NCBI GenBank assembly: GCA_049601975.1
Contig: JBMYRC010000005.1
Location: 6,494 to 70,493 of the forward strand
Length of the DNA stretch: 64,000 nucleotides
Reading direction: 5' to 3'
Origin: Alphaproteobacteria bacterium
GTDB taxonomy: Bacteria > Pseudomonadota > Alphaproteobacteria > UBA8366
Positions 38,754-49,253 of the stretch are shown here, in pieces. Both the position numbers and the translations under genes were made by a program. How positions within the stretch are numbered: the first letter of the stretch is position 1; each line of letters starts with the position of its first letter. The notes under the pieces were generated by a model. That model ran no database searches and was not told where the DNA came from. It was given only the letters and a program-made list of their open reading frames with translations.

Positions 38754-40427
38754 TCAGGCCGGGCGCAGAAACGTGTCGAAATTCTCATCGTGCATCCTAC
38801 CCATCGCCTGGAAGAGCGGGTCATCCGCGATACCACCGCTTCCCAACGCCTCAACATAGCCACGCCAGAAAGCGCCCTCATCGAACGGCTTCCAGAAGCT
38901 GTACGGTGTATCCGGCAGGTACCTGCAATCAACGATAAACCTGCGATAAAAAAGATCGTTTGCGATTAGGGCCCGCGTCTGCTGTGTCTCGTCCTGGCTC
39001 ATTTGCGGCCCTCGGGTTATCGCCTCCAAATAGGTATCCGCAGATTGCGGTTCCTCGCTAAAGCCATTGCCAGCAAAAAAACCGCGCCCCCCTAAGATGA
39101 CAGGCATACCGCAACCGGCAAACTCCAGACCCACCTTGCCATTAACGGTAATCAGAAAATCCGCAAACTGCGCGAGGCTCGCCGTATTCAAACCTTCAGG
39201 TACCACATGAATGTGCGCCACATCTCGTGCGATCGCATAGGCTCTCGAGGCTGGTTCCAGATCGTCGGTGTAATGCGCCAAGTTTGGGTGAAGTTTTACC
39301 AACCAATCGATCTCCGGCTGATCGCGCACGACCTCAAGCGTTTGGATATACCAATCGTAAAAATCATCAAATAGAAGCCCCGGTGAGAAATGATTAGCGT
39401 CGGGAAAAGCATGCAGCATGAGCAATCCTTTCGGTCGCTCAACATCAAGCCCCATCGACCGGCCGAGCTCCTGGGTCGATATTTTGCGCCGCTCCGGCGA
39501 ATATCCCTCTTCATTCAGATACTCGAACTCATTGCCGCTGCCGCCCATACGTCGATGCAGTGTCTCTTCAGCGGTTCGGATGGCGGCCTCACCCTCTTCC
39601 CTCAAAACTCGATCAATATGACCCGGTATGATTCTGGTCATCACATCCGACGCCGCCTCCACACCCTGACGGCGTTGGATACGCATCCCCTTACCGCCGT
39701 AGCGCGCGTAAATATCCGCCCCATGCTCTGCCGCTAACCGAGCCAAAATACCAAAACGGAGATAGACCAGATGTCCCATAACTGCGGCACCTACTTCCTC
39801 GACCTGCAATAGGCGATCAAAGAGCGCATAGTAATTCAGCATAAGCGCAACATAAGCCCGTAAATCGTCATCGACCTCGTGCATCGTTACCTGACGGGTT
39901 TCCCGCAAATAAGTGTCATAGAGAAGATCGCCGACCGGCAAACCGTTCACGTTCAACCCCAAGACCCGGCGTCGCAACTCATGACCGGTTAGCCCTTCCA
40001 ATTGTGCGATAATCTGCACCGCTTCCGGGCGGACGTCTTTCGCGGCCTCATCGCGCACGAACGTGAATTGCTCAATTCCGAAACTGCGTGCTAATAGAAT
40101 TATTTTTTGATCCGTTGCACTGGATACCAGTGCCCATGGTTTCAATCCGCGGGTCAATTCCAGATACTTCCCAAGGATCAGATTGCCGAGGTAGTAAACC
40201 GGGTGATCGACCAGCAAGTCCACTAAGACACGCTTTGGTTTCACGTTGGCACCGCCAGCTGACTGCCGTCGCCAAAAACGGATGCCGTGTGAAATTGCCT
40301 GCTCGAATGCGGCCGAATCGTCGGAAGGGCTCTCTGCGGACAAGCAGTTGGACTCCCAGGTATAAAAGGACGAATTCCATAGTGCCAGCCCCGATACCCG
40401 GGCGCAATTCGATGTGCCACAGTGCAA
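38754..40427 (-). CDS. hypothetical protein (about 500-557 aa), possibly capsule-biosynthesis (KpsS/KpsC-like) or GT-B-like transferase
   Basis: Long ORF with coding-like composition. The C-terminal part ..WLVKLHPNLAHY..ITVNGKVGLEFAGCGMPVILGG.. is reminiscent of Capsule_synth / GT-B nucleotide-binding halves. The start is uncertain (TTG 40427, GTG 40244). Located 36 nt upstream of the ptxD-like gene. Confidence 0.4.
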   Translation of the reverse strand: MHCGTSNCARVSGLALWNSSFYTWESNCLSAESPSDDSAAFEQAISHGIRFWRRQSAGGANVKPKRVLVDLLVDHPVYYLGNLILGKYLELTRGLKPWALVSSATDQKIILLARSFGIEQFTFVRDEAAKDVRPEAVQIIAQLEGLTGHELRRRVLGLNVNGLPVGDLLYDTYLRETRQVTMHEVDDDLRAYVALMLNYYALFDRLLQVEEVGAAVMGHLVYLRFGILARLAAEHGADIYARYGGKGMRIQRRQGVEAASDVMTRIIPGHIDRVLREEGEAAIRTAEETLHRRMGGSGNEFEYLNEEGYSPERRKISTQELGRSMGLDVERPKGLLMLHAFPDANHFSPGLLFDDFYDWYIQTLEVVRDQPEIDWLVKLHPNLAHYTDDLEPASRAYAIARDVAHIHVVPEGLNTASLAQFADFLITVNGKVGLEFAGCGMPVILGGRGFFAGNGFSEEPQSADTYLEAITRGPQMSQDETQQTRALIANDLFYRRFIVDCRYLPDTPYSFWKPFDEGAFWRGYVEALGSGGIADDPLFQAMGRMHDENFDTFLRPA

Positions 40428-40498
40428 CAGGTTTCCCCCTGCGTCCTACGACATAGCTTTGTTCCAGGTCAGGGAAACAGCAAAAAAGGCTCCTAAAT

Positions 40499-41302
40499 AT
40501 GGGTGGATTTCTCGATGGTAAGGCGGCGGTCATTACCGGCTCGACAAGCGGCATTGGGCTTGGATACGCCCGCGCGATCGCTAAAGAAGGCTGCGACATT
40601 CTGCTGAACGGTTTCGGCGACGCGCCCGATATTGAGAATGCGCGGTCCGCTCTCGAATCCGATTTCGGCGTGAAAGCGATCTACCATGGCGCCGACATGC
40701 GCAAGCCCGACGAAATCAAGACAATGATTGATACCGCGACCGATGCCTTCGGCAAAGTCGATATCTTGATCAATAATGCGGGCATGCAACATCGCGCCTC
40801 GATCGAGGAATTTCCGCTCGACGTTTGGAATGACATGTTCGCCGTCAACGTGACTTCCGCCATGCTGACAACACAAATGGTGTTGCCGCAAATGAAGGAG
40901 CGTGATTGGGGCCGGATCATCAACACGGCCTCTGTCAATTCGCAGATCACGTCACCAAACACGTCCGGCTACACCGCCTCGAAGCACGCCATTATGGGCC
41001 TCACGCGAGCCGTCGCACTGGAAACCATCATGACCGGTGTCACCTGCAACGCAATTTGTCCCGGCACCGTGCGTACCAATTTGAGCGAACACCGGATCGA
41101 AACGTTTGCCGCAGAACGACAGAAATCGACGGAAGACGTGATCGACGAGTATCTCGAGCAGAAGATGCCTTACCATCAGGCTATGAAGCGTTTCATCACC
41201 GTCGAAGAAATTGCCGCCGGCGCCATCTATCTCTGCAGCGATGCAGGTGCCGCGATGCGCGGCGCGGCCTTCACCATCGATGGCGGTTGGACCATTCGAT
41301 AA
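40499..41302 (+). CDS. bdhA: D-beta-hydroxybutyrate dehydrogenase (SDR)
   Basis: 267 aa. GKAAVITGSTSGIGLGYARAIA, DILINNAGMQH and YTASKHAIMGLTR resemble the BdhA family. Confidence 0.75.
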   Translation: MGGFLDGKAAVITGSTSGIGLGYARAIAKEGCDILLNGFGDAPDIENARSALESDFGVKAIYHGADMRKPDEIKTMIDTATDAFGKVDILINNAGMQHRASIEEFPLDVWNDMFAVNVTSAMLTTQMVLPQMKERDWGRIINTASVNSQITSPNTSGYTASKHAIMGLTRAVALETIMTGVTCNAICPGTVRTNLSEHRIETFAAERQKSTEDVIDEYLEQKMPYHQAMKRFITVEEIAAGAIYLCSDAGAAMRGAAFTIDGGWTIR

Positions 41303-41322
41303 GAGTTACCGGAACACACGGC

Positions 41323-43368
41323 ATGAATAGAATAGGCGTCGATGTCGGCGGCACTTTTACCGACTTTACCTTGCTCCACGAAAAAGCGGGCAAACTGTAT
41401 TACCACAAGACGCCGTCTACGCCCGGCGAGCCGTCGGAAGCCGTCGAGATCGGGTTATCGGAACTGATTGAGACTCATAATATCGATCCGTCTGAAATAG
41501 GATACCTGGGCCACGGCACGACTGTCGCCCTCAACATGTTGCTGGAACGCCGAGCGCCAACAATTGGTCTATTGACCACCAAGGGCTTTCGCGACGTCCT
41601 CGAGATCGCCCGCCAAATTCGCCCTCATCTCTATGATTACGAAATAACGCGCCCGGAACCCTTGGCCCGGCGGGCCCATCGCATCGAAATACCGGAACGT
41701 ATCGCCGTTGACGGCCGTGTCCTGACACCTCTCGATCTCGATTCCGTCGAGGCCGCCGCCCTGCAACTTCGGGATGCTGGTATCACTTCTGTCGCGATCT
41801 GTTTCCTGCATGCCTATCAGTTTCCCGAACACGAACAAAAAGCCGGCGATATCGTTCGGCGTATTTTGCCCGATGCCTTTGTCAGCCTATCAAGTGAAGT
41901 TTTGTCGGAGTTTCGCGAGTACGAGCGCACATCGACGACCGCGGTAAACGCTTATGTCGGGCCGCGCATGAAAGCTTATATCGGCAAACTTGAAGATCGC
42001 ATCGCCGATTTCGGCATCGACCGTTCCCCTTATATCATCCACTCGAACGGTGGATTGCTCACCATCGAGGCGGCGGCGACCTTTCCCGTCCGCACGTGCC
42101 TTTCCGGCCCTGCCGCCGGTGTTGTCGGCGCCGCTGCCGTTGCCAAAGCAGCGGAACAACCCGACGTTTTGGCCTTTGACGTTGGCGGCACGAGCACCGA
42201 TGTCTCCTTAGTTCTGAATGGACGGCCGCTTTTCACGTCGGAACGGACGGTGGCTGGCCACCCCGTCAAATCACCGGCAATCGACGTGAACGCAATCGGC
42301 GCCGGTGGAGGCAGCATCGCTTGGATCGACGGCGGTGGCGCCCTCAAGGTCGGACCGCACAGCGCCGGTGCCGACCCAGGCCCCGTCGCATATGGACGCG
42401 GCGGCGAAGAGGTCACATTGACGGACGCCAATATCGCGCTCGGTCGGTTGAACCCAGGAGCCCTTCTCGGCGGCCGCATGGCCATGGATGCCGATGCGGC
42501 ACGCCGCGCCATTGAGGACAAAATCGCCAAACCGCTCGGCCTTTCAATTGAAGACGCCGCCATCGGCATTATCCGGGTCGCGGCCTCGGGCATTGCCCGC
42601 GCCATCCGCTCCGTTGCTTCCGCCAAGGGTCACAACCCAGCGGAATTTGCACTCTTCGCCTATGGCGGTGCCGGACCGCTGCTGGCCTCCGACGTCAACG
42701 ATGAGGTCGGTTGCGGGCGCATCCTCATCCCCCGAGAACCCGGCACACTTTGTGCGCGCGGCATCTTACTTTCTGATCTCACTTTCGATTTCGTCCGTAC
42801 CATCCTGCGCCGAGCCGAGGAGGATGGCTGGCGACGGGTCCAGGAAGCCTTCGACGCTCTGGAAGCTCAAGCAGAAGAATGGCTCGCGAAGGATGACGTC
42901 CCGATGGAAGCCCGCTCGTTCCGTCGGTACGTGGAAGCGCGCTACGAAGGTCAAAGCTTCGAAGTACGCGTGGAGTTCGATTGCCCTGTGTCTGAAGTTT
43001 CCCTGAAGACATTCGTCGCCGCTTTCCACGCAGAGCATAAGGCGCAATACAGCTACGACATCCAAGAGCGGAATGTCGAGATCGTAAATTGCCGCCTGGA
43101 AGCCGTCGGCGAAACACCAAAACCACCGATGCAAAGCGCGGAAGGCGACGGAGATGCCTCTGCCGAGATCGGCAAAAGGCGCGTTCATTTTGGCTCTAAT
43201 GGCGGCTGGCTTGAGGCCACCGTCTACGACCGCTCGAAATTGTCACAGGGCGATGCAATCGCCGGCCCCGCTATCGTCGAGGAAATGAGCTCAACAAGTG
43301 TTATCCCACCAACCTATCGCATCACCGTCGACAAGATCGGTAACCTGGTTCTGGAGCCAAGCACATGA
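41323..43368 (+). CDS. hyuA: hydantoinase/oxoprolinase family protein, A subunit
   Basis: MNRIGVDVGGTFTDFTL start at ATG 41323, plus FDVGGTSTDVSL and YGGAGPL blocks. The ORF-track extension back to 40906 overlaps bdhA and is spurious. Confidence 0.85.
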   Translation: MNRIGVDVGGTFTDFTLLHEKAGKLYYHKTPSTPGEPSEAVEIGLSELIETHNIDPSEIGYLGHGTTVALNMLLERRAPTIGLLTTKGFRDVLEIARQIRPHLYDYEITRPEPLARRAHRIEIPERIAVDGRVLTPLDLDSVEAAALQLRDAGITSVAICFLHAYQFPEHEQKAGDIVRRILPDAFVSLSSEVLSEFREYERTSTTAVNAYVGPRMKAYIGKLEDRIADFGIDRSPYIIHSNGGLLTIEAAATFPVRTCLSGPAAGVVGAAAVAKAAEQPDVLAFDVGGTSTDVSLVLNGRPLFTSERTVAGHPVKSPAIDVNAIGAGGGSIAWIDGGGALKVGPHSAGADPGPVAYGRGGEEVTLTDANIALGRLNPGALLGGRMAMDADAARRAIEDKIAKPLGLSIEDAAIGIIRVAASGIARAIRSVASAKGHNPAEFALFAYGGAGPLLASDVNDEVGCGRILIPREPGTLCARGILLSDLTFDFVRTILRRAEEDGWRRVQEAFDALEAQAEEWLAKDDVPMEARSFRRYVEARYEGQSFEVRVEFDCPVSEVSLKTFVAAFHAEHKAQYSYDIQERNVEIVNCRLEAVGETPKPPMQSAEGDGDASAEIGKRRVHFGSNGGWLEATVYDRSKLSQGDAIAGPAIVEEMSSTSVIPPTYRITVDKIGNLVLEPST

Positions 43369-45086
43369 CGACCCCTTCGGACGAAAGAGTCATCGACGCC
43401 ATTGAAATCGAAGTCTTCAACAACCGGGTCCTCGCGATTATCGAGGAGATGGGCGCCAAACTCGTCCGCTCTTCGTTTTCGCCAAATATCAAGGAACGCC
43501 GCGACTGTTCCGTGGCTTTGTTCGACGCCAGCGGTCGCTCCATTGGACAAGCAGCGCATATCCCAATCCATCTGGGGTCGCTAAAAGGCGGTGTCGATGC
43601 CGTCTTGCGGGATTTCCCCATGGAGGAGATTTATCCAGGCGACGCGTTCGTCTGTAATGACGCGTATCTCGCCGGTGGCACGCACCTGCCGGACATCTCA
43701 ATCATCACTCCGATCTTCTATGACGGCAAAATTAAGTTCTTTGCAGCGTGCCTCGGTCATCATGCGGATGTCGGCGGCTCCGTACCCGGGTCGATCAGCC
43801 CCAGCGCAGCCAGCATTTTCGAGGAAGGCATCCGTATCCCTCCAGTCAAAATGGTCCACAAGGGCGTGCTCGATAACGGTATCATGCAGATGATCATCCA
43901 GAACACGCGGGAGCCGGAAGATCGATTGCTCGACCTCAAGGTTCAGATCGCAACCAACACATTGGGGGCGGAACAAGTCGTCGCACTCGTCGAGCGTATG
44001 GGAAGCGAAGCTGTCGACCGGGCAGTCGAAGATTTGATGATATATACCGCACGCCGACTACGGGCGCGGATCGCCGACCTAAAGGACGGCACGCATAGCT
44101 TCACAACGTGGATGGACGATGACGGATTCGGCGGCGAAAAGCTGCCGCTCGCGGCCACCGTGACCGTCGAGGGCGACCGGATGCACCTCGATTTTACGGG
44201 TTCCGGGCCACAATCGCGCGGCGGTTATAACATCATGCCGACCGGCGTGATGGCGACGGTCGCCTATGCGATCAAAGCCTTGCTCGATCCGGAACTCCCG
44301 GCAAACAGCGGGTTGTTTGATGCCATCGAGTTCACCGCGCCCGAAGGGACCATCGTCAATCCTCACTATCCGGCTGCGGTCGGTGCACGAACCACGACAT
44401 GCCAGAAACTTTCCGGCGCGGTCTTTGGTGCATTCGCCGGATTATTACCGCCGGAGAAAGCCATGGCATCCTGCCACGATGTCCTGGGCGCAATGGTATT
44501 TTCCGGCAAATCAAAGAAACACGCCGGCACCTATGTCTACTTGGAAACGCTTGCAGGTGGAAACGGGGCGCGGGACGCCCTTGACGGTATGGACGGCGCC
44601 CACTGCCACATCACGAATTCGCTAAACATGCCCGCCGAAGCAGTCGAGCATGAATATCCGTTGATGGTTGAGGAATATACCTTGGTCGTCGATTCCGGTG
44701 GTGCCGGGCGACACCGAGGCGGCATGGGCGTCGCTCGGGACGTTAAAATTCTCGCGGACGCCACAACCTTCTCCGGTCGGGCGGACAGCTATCTCACTTC
44801 TGCGGAGGGCTATGCGGGTGGGAAACCGGGTGGCAATTGTCGGATCGTGCGAAATCACGGTACCAATCGCGAAGAGGCCATGGCACCGAAACAACGCCTG
44901 CTCACGCTTGACGCTGGAGAGACAGTGCGGATGGAAACACCGGGAGGCGGCGGTCTCGGCAATCCGCAAGATCGTGATATCGTCGACCTCGCTCATGATT
45001 TGGAAGACGGCCGCATGCGGGAAGCCACCGCGCGGCGCGATTATGGCGACGACATGGTTGACCGGGCCTTGGTCCATATCGGATAA
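43365..45086 (+). CDS. hyuB: hydantoinase B/oxoprolinase family protein
   Basis: 573 aa. FSPNIKERRDCSVALFD, NDAYLAGGTHLPD and GGGGLGNP are HyuB blocks. ATGA overlap with hyuA. Confidence 0.85.
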   Translation: MTTPSDERVIDAIEIEVFNNRVLAIIEEMGAKLVRSSFSPNIKERRDCSVALFDASGRSIGQAAHIPIHLGSLKGGVDAVLRDFPMEEIYPGDAFVCNDAYLAGGTHLPDISIITPIFYDGKIKFFAACLGHHADVGGSVPGSISPSAASIFEEGIRIPPVKMVHKGVLDNGIMQMIIQNTREPEDRLLDLKVQIATNTLGAEQVVALVERMGSEAVDRAVEDLMIYTARRLRARIADLKDGTHSFTTWMDDDGFGGEKLPLAATVTVEGDRMHLDFTGSGPQSRGGYNIMPTGVMATVAYAIKALLDPELPANSGLFDAIEFTAPEGTIVNPHYPAAVGARTTTCQKLSGAVFGAFAGLLPPEKAMASCHDVLGAMVFSGKSKKHAGTYVYLETLAGGNGARDALDGMDGAHCHITNSLNMPAEAVEHEYPLMVEEYTLVVDSGGAGRHRGGMGVARDVKILADATTFSGRADSYLTSAEGYAGGKPGGNCRIVRNHGTNREEAMAPKQRLLTLDAGETVRMETPGGGGLGNPQDRDIVDLAHDLEDGRMREATARRDYGDDMVDRALVHIG

Positions 45087-45153
45087 GCCGCTCGACCTTT
45101 CACCGAGTGTGGTGGAAGATGACGAATCCGAATTGCATTGAGGGAGAGTACCG

Positions 45154-45765
45154 ATGGCACGCGTCGAAACCGTCAATCAACTGCGTGAGATTTACCGCCA
45201 GCCAAAGGGTCGCGCGGCGCAAAAGGTCATTCCGCAACTAGAGAAACACAGCAAACACATCATTGAGCTGTCACCGTTTATGGTGATCTCGACAACCGGT
45301 GAAGACGGCATTGCCGATGTATCCCCGCGGGGCGATGCCCCCGGATTTGTAAAAATCCTAGACGATCAAACCATCGCAATCCCAGATCGCCCCGGGAACA
45401 ACCGGCTCGACACTCTTACCAACATTCTCGCGAACCCGGCTGTCGGCACGATATTTTTCGTCCCCGGTGTCGATGAAGTTCTACGCATCAACGGAGATGC
45501 GGAGATTCGAGACGATGCAGACCTCCTCGCGCAATTCGAGATGAAGGGAAAACTTCCCGCCACCGTGCTCGTCATCAAAGCACGGGAGATCTATTTGCAT
45601 TGCGCGAAGGCAATCATGCGCTCCGGTCTTTGGAAGTCCGAAACGCATGTCGAGCGCTCAGTGCTGCCGACCATCGGCCAAATGATCGTCGATCAAATTG
45701 GCGGCGATCGCCCCGAAGAAACCCATGCGGATGTGAAGCGCGAGTACGAGAAAGTTTTGTACTAG
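45154..45765 (+). CDS. pyridoxamine 5'-phosphate oxidase-family (PPOX-type FMN-binding) protein
   Basis: 203 aa. ..FMVISTTGEDGIADVSPRGDAPGFVKILD..PDRPGNNRLDTLTNIL..GVDEVLRINGDAEI.. is typical of PPOX-class flavoproteins. Confidence 0.7.
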   Translation: MARVETVNQLREIYRQPKGRAAQKVIPQLEKHSKHIIELSPFMVISTTGEDGIADVSPRGDAPGFVKILDDQTIAIPDRPGNNRLDTLTNILANPAVGTIFFVPGVDEVLRINGDAEIRDDADLLAQFEMKGKLPATVLVIKAREIYLHCAKAIMRSGLWKSETHVERSVLPTIGQMIVDQIGGDRPEETHADVKREYEKVLY

Positions 45766-45785
45766 CGCTCCGTCCTGGGCCCTCC

Positions 45786-46559
45786 TTACCGGCCTTTCCA
45801 GTTCGGATCGCGTTTCTCGGCGAAGGCTTTCGGGCCTTCAATCATGTCCTCGCTATTGCGCAGCACGTTGACGCTCTCGTATTCCGCCAACATCGCTTCT
45901 TCGACGGACGCGTGCTCCAAACCACGACGTACCACATCAAGGCTGGTGCGGATAGAGACCGGTGAGCATTTCTCGATTTCGGCCGCGAACCGTTTGGCGG
46001 CGCTCAAAGCTTCGCCTTCCGCCACGAGTTCGGTGACGAAACCAATCTCAAGGCCTTCCGCCGCCGGAACGTGACGGCCCGTCAGGATCATGCCCATCGC
46101 CTTCTTCTGCGGTATGGCGCGGGGCAGTCGGTGCAAACCACCCGCGAGTGCCGCCAATCCGACACGGGGCTCCGGTAGCGCAAAGCGGGCATTCTCTGCC
46201 CCGATGATCACATCGCAAGCCAGCGCGAGCTCGAACCCGCCGCCCATGGCGACACCATTCACTGCCGCGATCATCGGCTTGGTGCGGTCAAAACGCTCAG
46301 TTATGCCGCCGAAACCGCTTTTCGGCTTATCGCGTGTCCCGCCTTCGGCTTGGAACTTAAGGTCATTACCGGCACTGAACGCCCGGTCACCTGCTCCCGT
46401 CAAAATACAAACCCAGAGATCCGGATCGGCTTCGAAATCGTTGAACACTTTGTCGAGTTCAAAATGCGCCGGCGAATGCAACGCATTCATGCGCTCTGGC
46501 CGATTCAACGTAACCGTAAGAACGTGCCCGTCAGTTTCCGTATAACTGAATTCACCCAT
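45786..46559 (-). CDS. enoyl-CoA hydratase/isomerase (crotonase) family protein
   Basis: 257 aa. LTVTLNRPERMNAL, ILTGAGDRAFSAGNDLK and AAVNGVAMGGGFELALACD. Confidence 0.88.
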   Translation of the reverse strand: MGEFSYTETDGHVLTVTLNRPERMNALHSPAHFELDKVFNDFEADPDLWVCILTGAGDRAFSAGNDLKFQAEGGTRDKPKSGFGGITERFDRTKPMIAAVNGVAMGGGFELALACDVIIGAENARFALPEPRVGLAALAGGLHRLPRAIPQKKAMGMILTGRHVPAAEGLEIGFVTELVAEGEALSAAKRFAAEIEKCSPVSIRTSLDVVRRGLEHASVEEAMLAEYESVNVLRNSEDMIEGPKAFAEKRDPNWKGR

Positions 46560-46592
46560 CTTCCTGCTCCCTATTTTCTTGTCAGTACAATT

Positions 46593-47936
46593 CTAAAGCT
46601 GTTTGTCGCCGATAAAAGCGCCGTCCGAGATCAGACGATCTTGCAAGGCGTTGCGATCAATATCAGCCGGTTTAACTCTGCCACTACGCGCGAGTTCGGC
46701 TGCCGTACCGACCGCTTGCCCCATCGCGAAACAGGGACCGCTGACGCGCAATGATGCCTGGCCTTCAGGTGTCGTCGAAGCGCACCGGCCCGCGACCAGT
46801 AAATTATCGACACCTTTGGGCACCGTCGTCCCATAGGGGATCTGGTGATATCCACGACCGGCTAGAAAGGTCCATTTCGCCGAACCATGCAGATGCTGCT
46901 CAAGCGGCCAACCGTTACAGCCGACAGAATCGTCAAAATCCCGGCACGATAAAACATCATCCTTGGTCAGGACATATTCGCCAACAATTCGCCTTGTCTC
47001 TCGAATGCCAATTTGCGGGGCTGTTTCCAATAAATACGCATCTTCGAAACCGGGCACTCGTTCCTTCAGAAACCGGAAATATTCCTGCGATTGCTTGCGA
47101 CCCTCGACTTCCGCGAAACTCAAATCGTCCCAATTGCTACCATCGACTGGTGCGCCATCGCGACTGATCTGCGTGAGGTTGGCCCGCCATTCGCCTGCAT
47201 GAGCTTGCGAGCCGAGCACGCCGGTTTTGCGCGGCAAATCAAAGTCGTCGCTCGCTGCGGCGATGAGCTCGGTCAGGTTCGGCTTGCCCTCTCGGTGTAC
47301 TCGTTCGTCGTCCGCATTGGCGATCCGGAACATCGTTGTCGGATAGGCCATGAAGCCGGTCGCGTCACCTTTTTCGTATTCCGCCCCCGACCAATAGGCG
47401 AGGTCCGCATCACCCGAGCAGTCGATGAACATTTCCGCCTTGATCGCGGCGCGCCCCGATTTCGTCTCCACGATCACCGCATCGATCCGCCCACTATCCA
47501 TTGCGACACCGACAGCGGTGCTGTGAAAACGAATGTCGACCCCCGCAGATAGCAACAAATCATCCGCCGCCATTTTATAGGCCGCCGTATCATAGGCTTG
47601 AGCCGCGATATCGTGACCGCCATCAGAGGCCGGCACTGGATGCGGTTCCCGCAATCCCCCAAGGCGATCCAGGCGCGCCAGGATATCGTCCGCGACGCCG
47701 CGCACGACCTGTTGCACTGACCCGTTTATACTCGCGTGCAAACCGCAGAAATTGGTGACCATTGCGGCGGTACCCATGCCGCCAAGAAATCCGTATTTCT
47801 CGAGCAAAAGCGTACGCGCACCGGTTCGGGCCGCCGCTGTCGCCGCTGCGATACCCGCCGGACCGCCGCCGAGGATGAGAATTTCAGTTTCCGCTACGAC
47901 TTCCGTCTCACGGGCAGGTTCCAAGATAACAGCCAT
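46593..47936 (-). CDS. FAD-dependent oxidoreductase (GIDA/FAD_oxidored-like)
   Basis: 447 aa. [38 protein letters not shown] is a dinucleotide-binding motif. Confidence 0.75.
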   Translation of the reverse strand: MAVILEPARETEVVAETEILILGGGPAGIAAATAAARTGARTLLLEKYGFLGGMGTAAMVTNFCGLHASINGSVQQVVRGVADDILARLDRLGGLREPHPVPASDGGHDIAAQAYDTAAYKMAADDLLLSAGVDIRFHSTAVGVAMDSGRIDAVIVETKSGRAAIKAEMFIDCSGDADLAYWSGAEYEKGDATGFMAYPTTMFRIANADDERVHREGKPNLTELIAAASDDFDLPRKTGVLGSQAHAGEWRANLTQISRDGAPVDGSNWDDLSFAEVEGRKQSQEYFRFLKERVPGFEDAYLLETAPQIGIRETRRIVGEYVLTKDDVLSCRDFDDSVGCNGWPLEQHLHGSAKWTFLAGRGYHQIPYGTTVPKGVDNLLVAGRCASTTPEGQASLRVSGPCFAMGQAVGTAAELARSGRVKPADIDRNALQDRLISDGAFIGDKQL

Positions 47937-47992
47937 GGGTATGACTTAGCGCGCAAAGGACCTTGCGACCAGATGCCCAATCGACGCGGATA

Positions 47993-49243
47993 TCAGTAGC
48001 GCGCCGTGAGCGTCGAAGCACTGCCATCAGCCTGGACAGTCGAGACGGCCGCCGCAAGATCACGCAAATACGTCTCGCGTATCGGCGCATGTAACATCGA
48101 CAGCATCGCGTGCATGCCTTTCGGCCGCTGGGTCAATCCGGGCACCCAATCCGAGCCGGCCATTTGCTCCGCTACGCTAAAAATATCGACCTCATCCGAT
48201 CCAAAATTAATGATGGTGAGATCTGGTTTAGCGTGCATTCGAAGGTCCGGAATCGCTTCGATACCGGCGACATAGCCGTCAACCATCTCCATTAGATCGG
48301 CAGCGACTTGGGTGTAACCCTCAATTCCGAGGTGCTTGAAAACCGCCCATGCGCCAGCAATTCCACCCGCCGGGCGGGTACCAACGAGGGTCGATGTCGT
48401 CATCCGACCATACGTCCACGGATCGACATCAAAAATCTGGAGCTGAAAATCTTCTTCCGCGCGATACAAGACGGTCGAAGACGGCTTCGGCGCAAAGCCG
48501 AATTTGTGGAGATCGGCGGAAAGCGACCGCACACCCGGAACCGCAAAATCAAAATCGGGAAACACCCGCCCTAACCGTTTGACGAATGGCGCCAGATACC
48601 TGCCAACACAGGCATCCACATGCAGCCAGATATCCGTATCGAGAGCTATTTCGCCCAACTCCGCGATGTCATCGACTACCCCATGGGGGAAACACGGCGC
48701 GGACCCGACGATCATGATTGTATCATCGTCGACGGCTGCTTTCATCGCGGACGGTTCGGCCCTGAAGTCTTCGCGTAGCGGCACGCGCTTCACCGGGATA
48801 TCCATTGAGTCACCCGCCTTGTCGAAAGCCGGATGCGCGCTTGCCGCCGCAACAATATTAAATGGGCCTTTGCGTCCTTTAGCCCCCCGTGCCCATTCTC
48901 GGCAGGCACGCACCGCCATGAAAATACTCTCCGTGCCGCCCGTGGTCATTCCGCCGCCCGCTCCTTCGGGAGCCTCAAACAGGTCGAGCGCCATTTCCAC
49001 GACTTCGCGCTCCATCCTGGCGACGCTATGAAAGGCCCGTTTGCCGCCCAAGGCATTTTCCGCGAAAAATTTAAAATAGGCGTTGCGCCCGACCTCATAC
49101 GCCTCGTCGGTTGCCTTAAAGACATAGAGCGGCACGCGCCCGTCACGCCAACGTTGGTCTCCACTCGCCATTTCCTACAGCTGCGGCTCGATATCCTCCC
49201 AACCGATGCCCTTCTCCGGAAACGAAACGCGAGTGTCGGACAT
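47993..49243 (-). pseudogene. PLP-dependent group II decarboxylase / sphingosine-phosphate-lyase-like enzyme with in-frame TAG at codon 23 (may still be expressed from ATG 49171)
   Basis: ATG 49243 has a perfect AAGGAG SD. The frame reads MSDTRVSFPEKGIGWEDIEPQL-TAG-EMASGDQRWRDGRVPLYVF..TTGGTESI..HVDACVG.. and is continuous. TAG is at 49175-49177; ATG 49171 lies 2 codons later. Confidence 0.65.
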
Positions 49244-49253
49244 GGAACTCTCC

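Noticed and set aside
40906-41322. The ORF track gives an 820-aa ORF starting at 40906 that overlaps most of bdhA.
   Set aside because: The first ~139 codons are Arg/His-rich, low-complexity, out-of-frame read-through of bdhA. The recognisable hydantoinase A N-terminus (MNRIGVDVGGTFTDF) starts at ATG 41323, just after the bdhA stop.
25159-49177. TAG/TAA in-frame stops considered as genetic-code reassignment or pyrrolysine.
   Set aside because: Dozens of neighbouring genes end normally at TAA, TAG or TGA, exactly where their families end. No pyl genes or methylamine methyltransferases are present. The affected genes also carry frameshifts.
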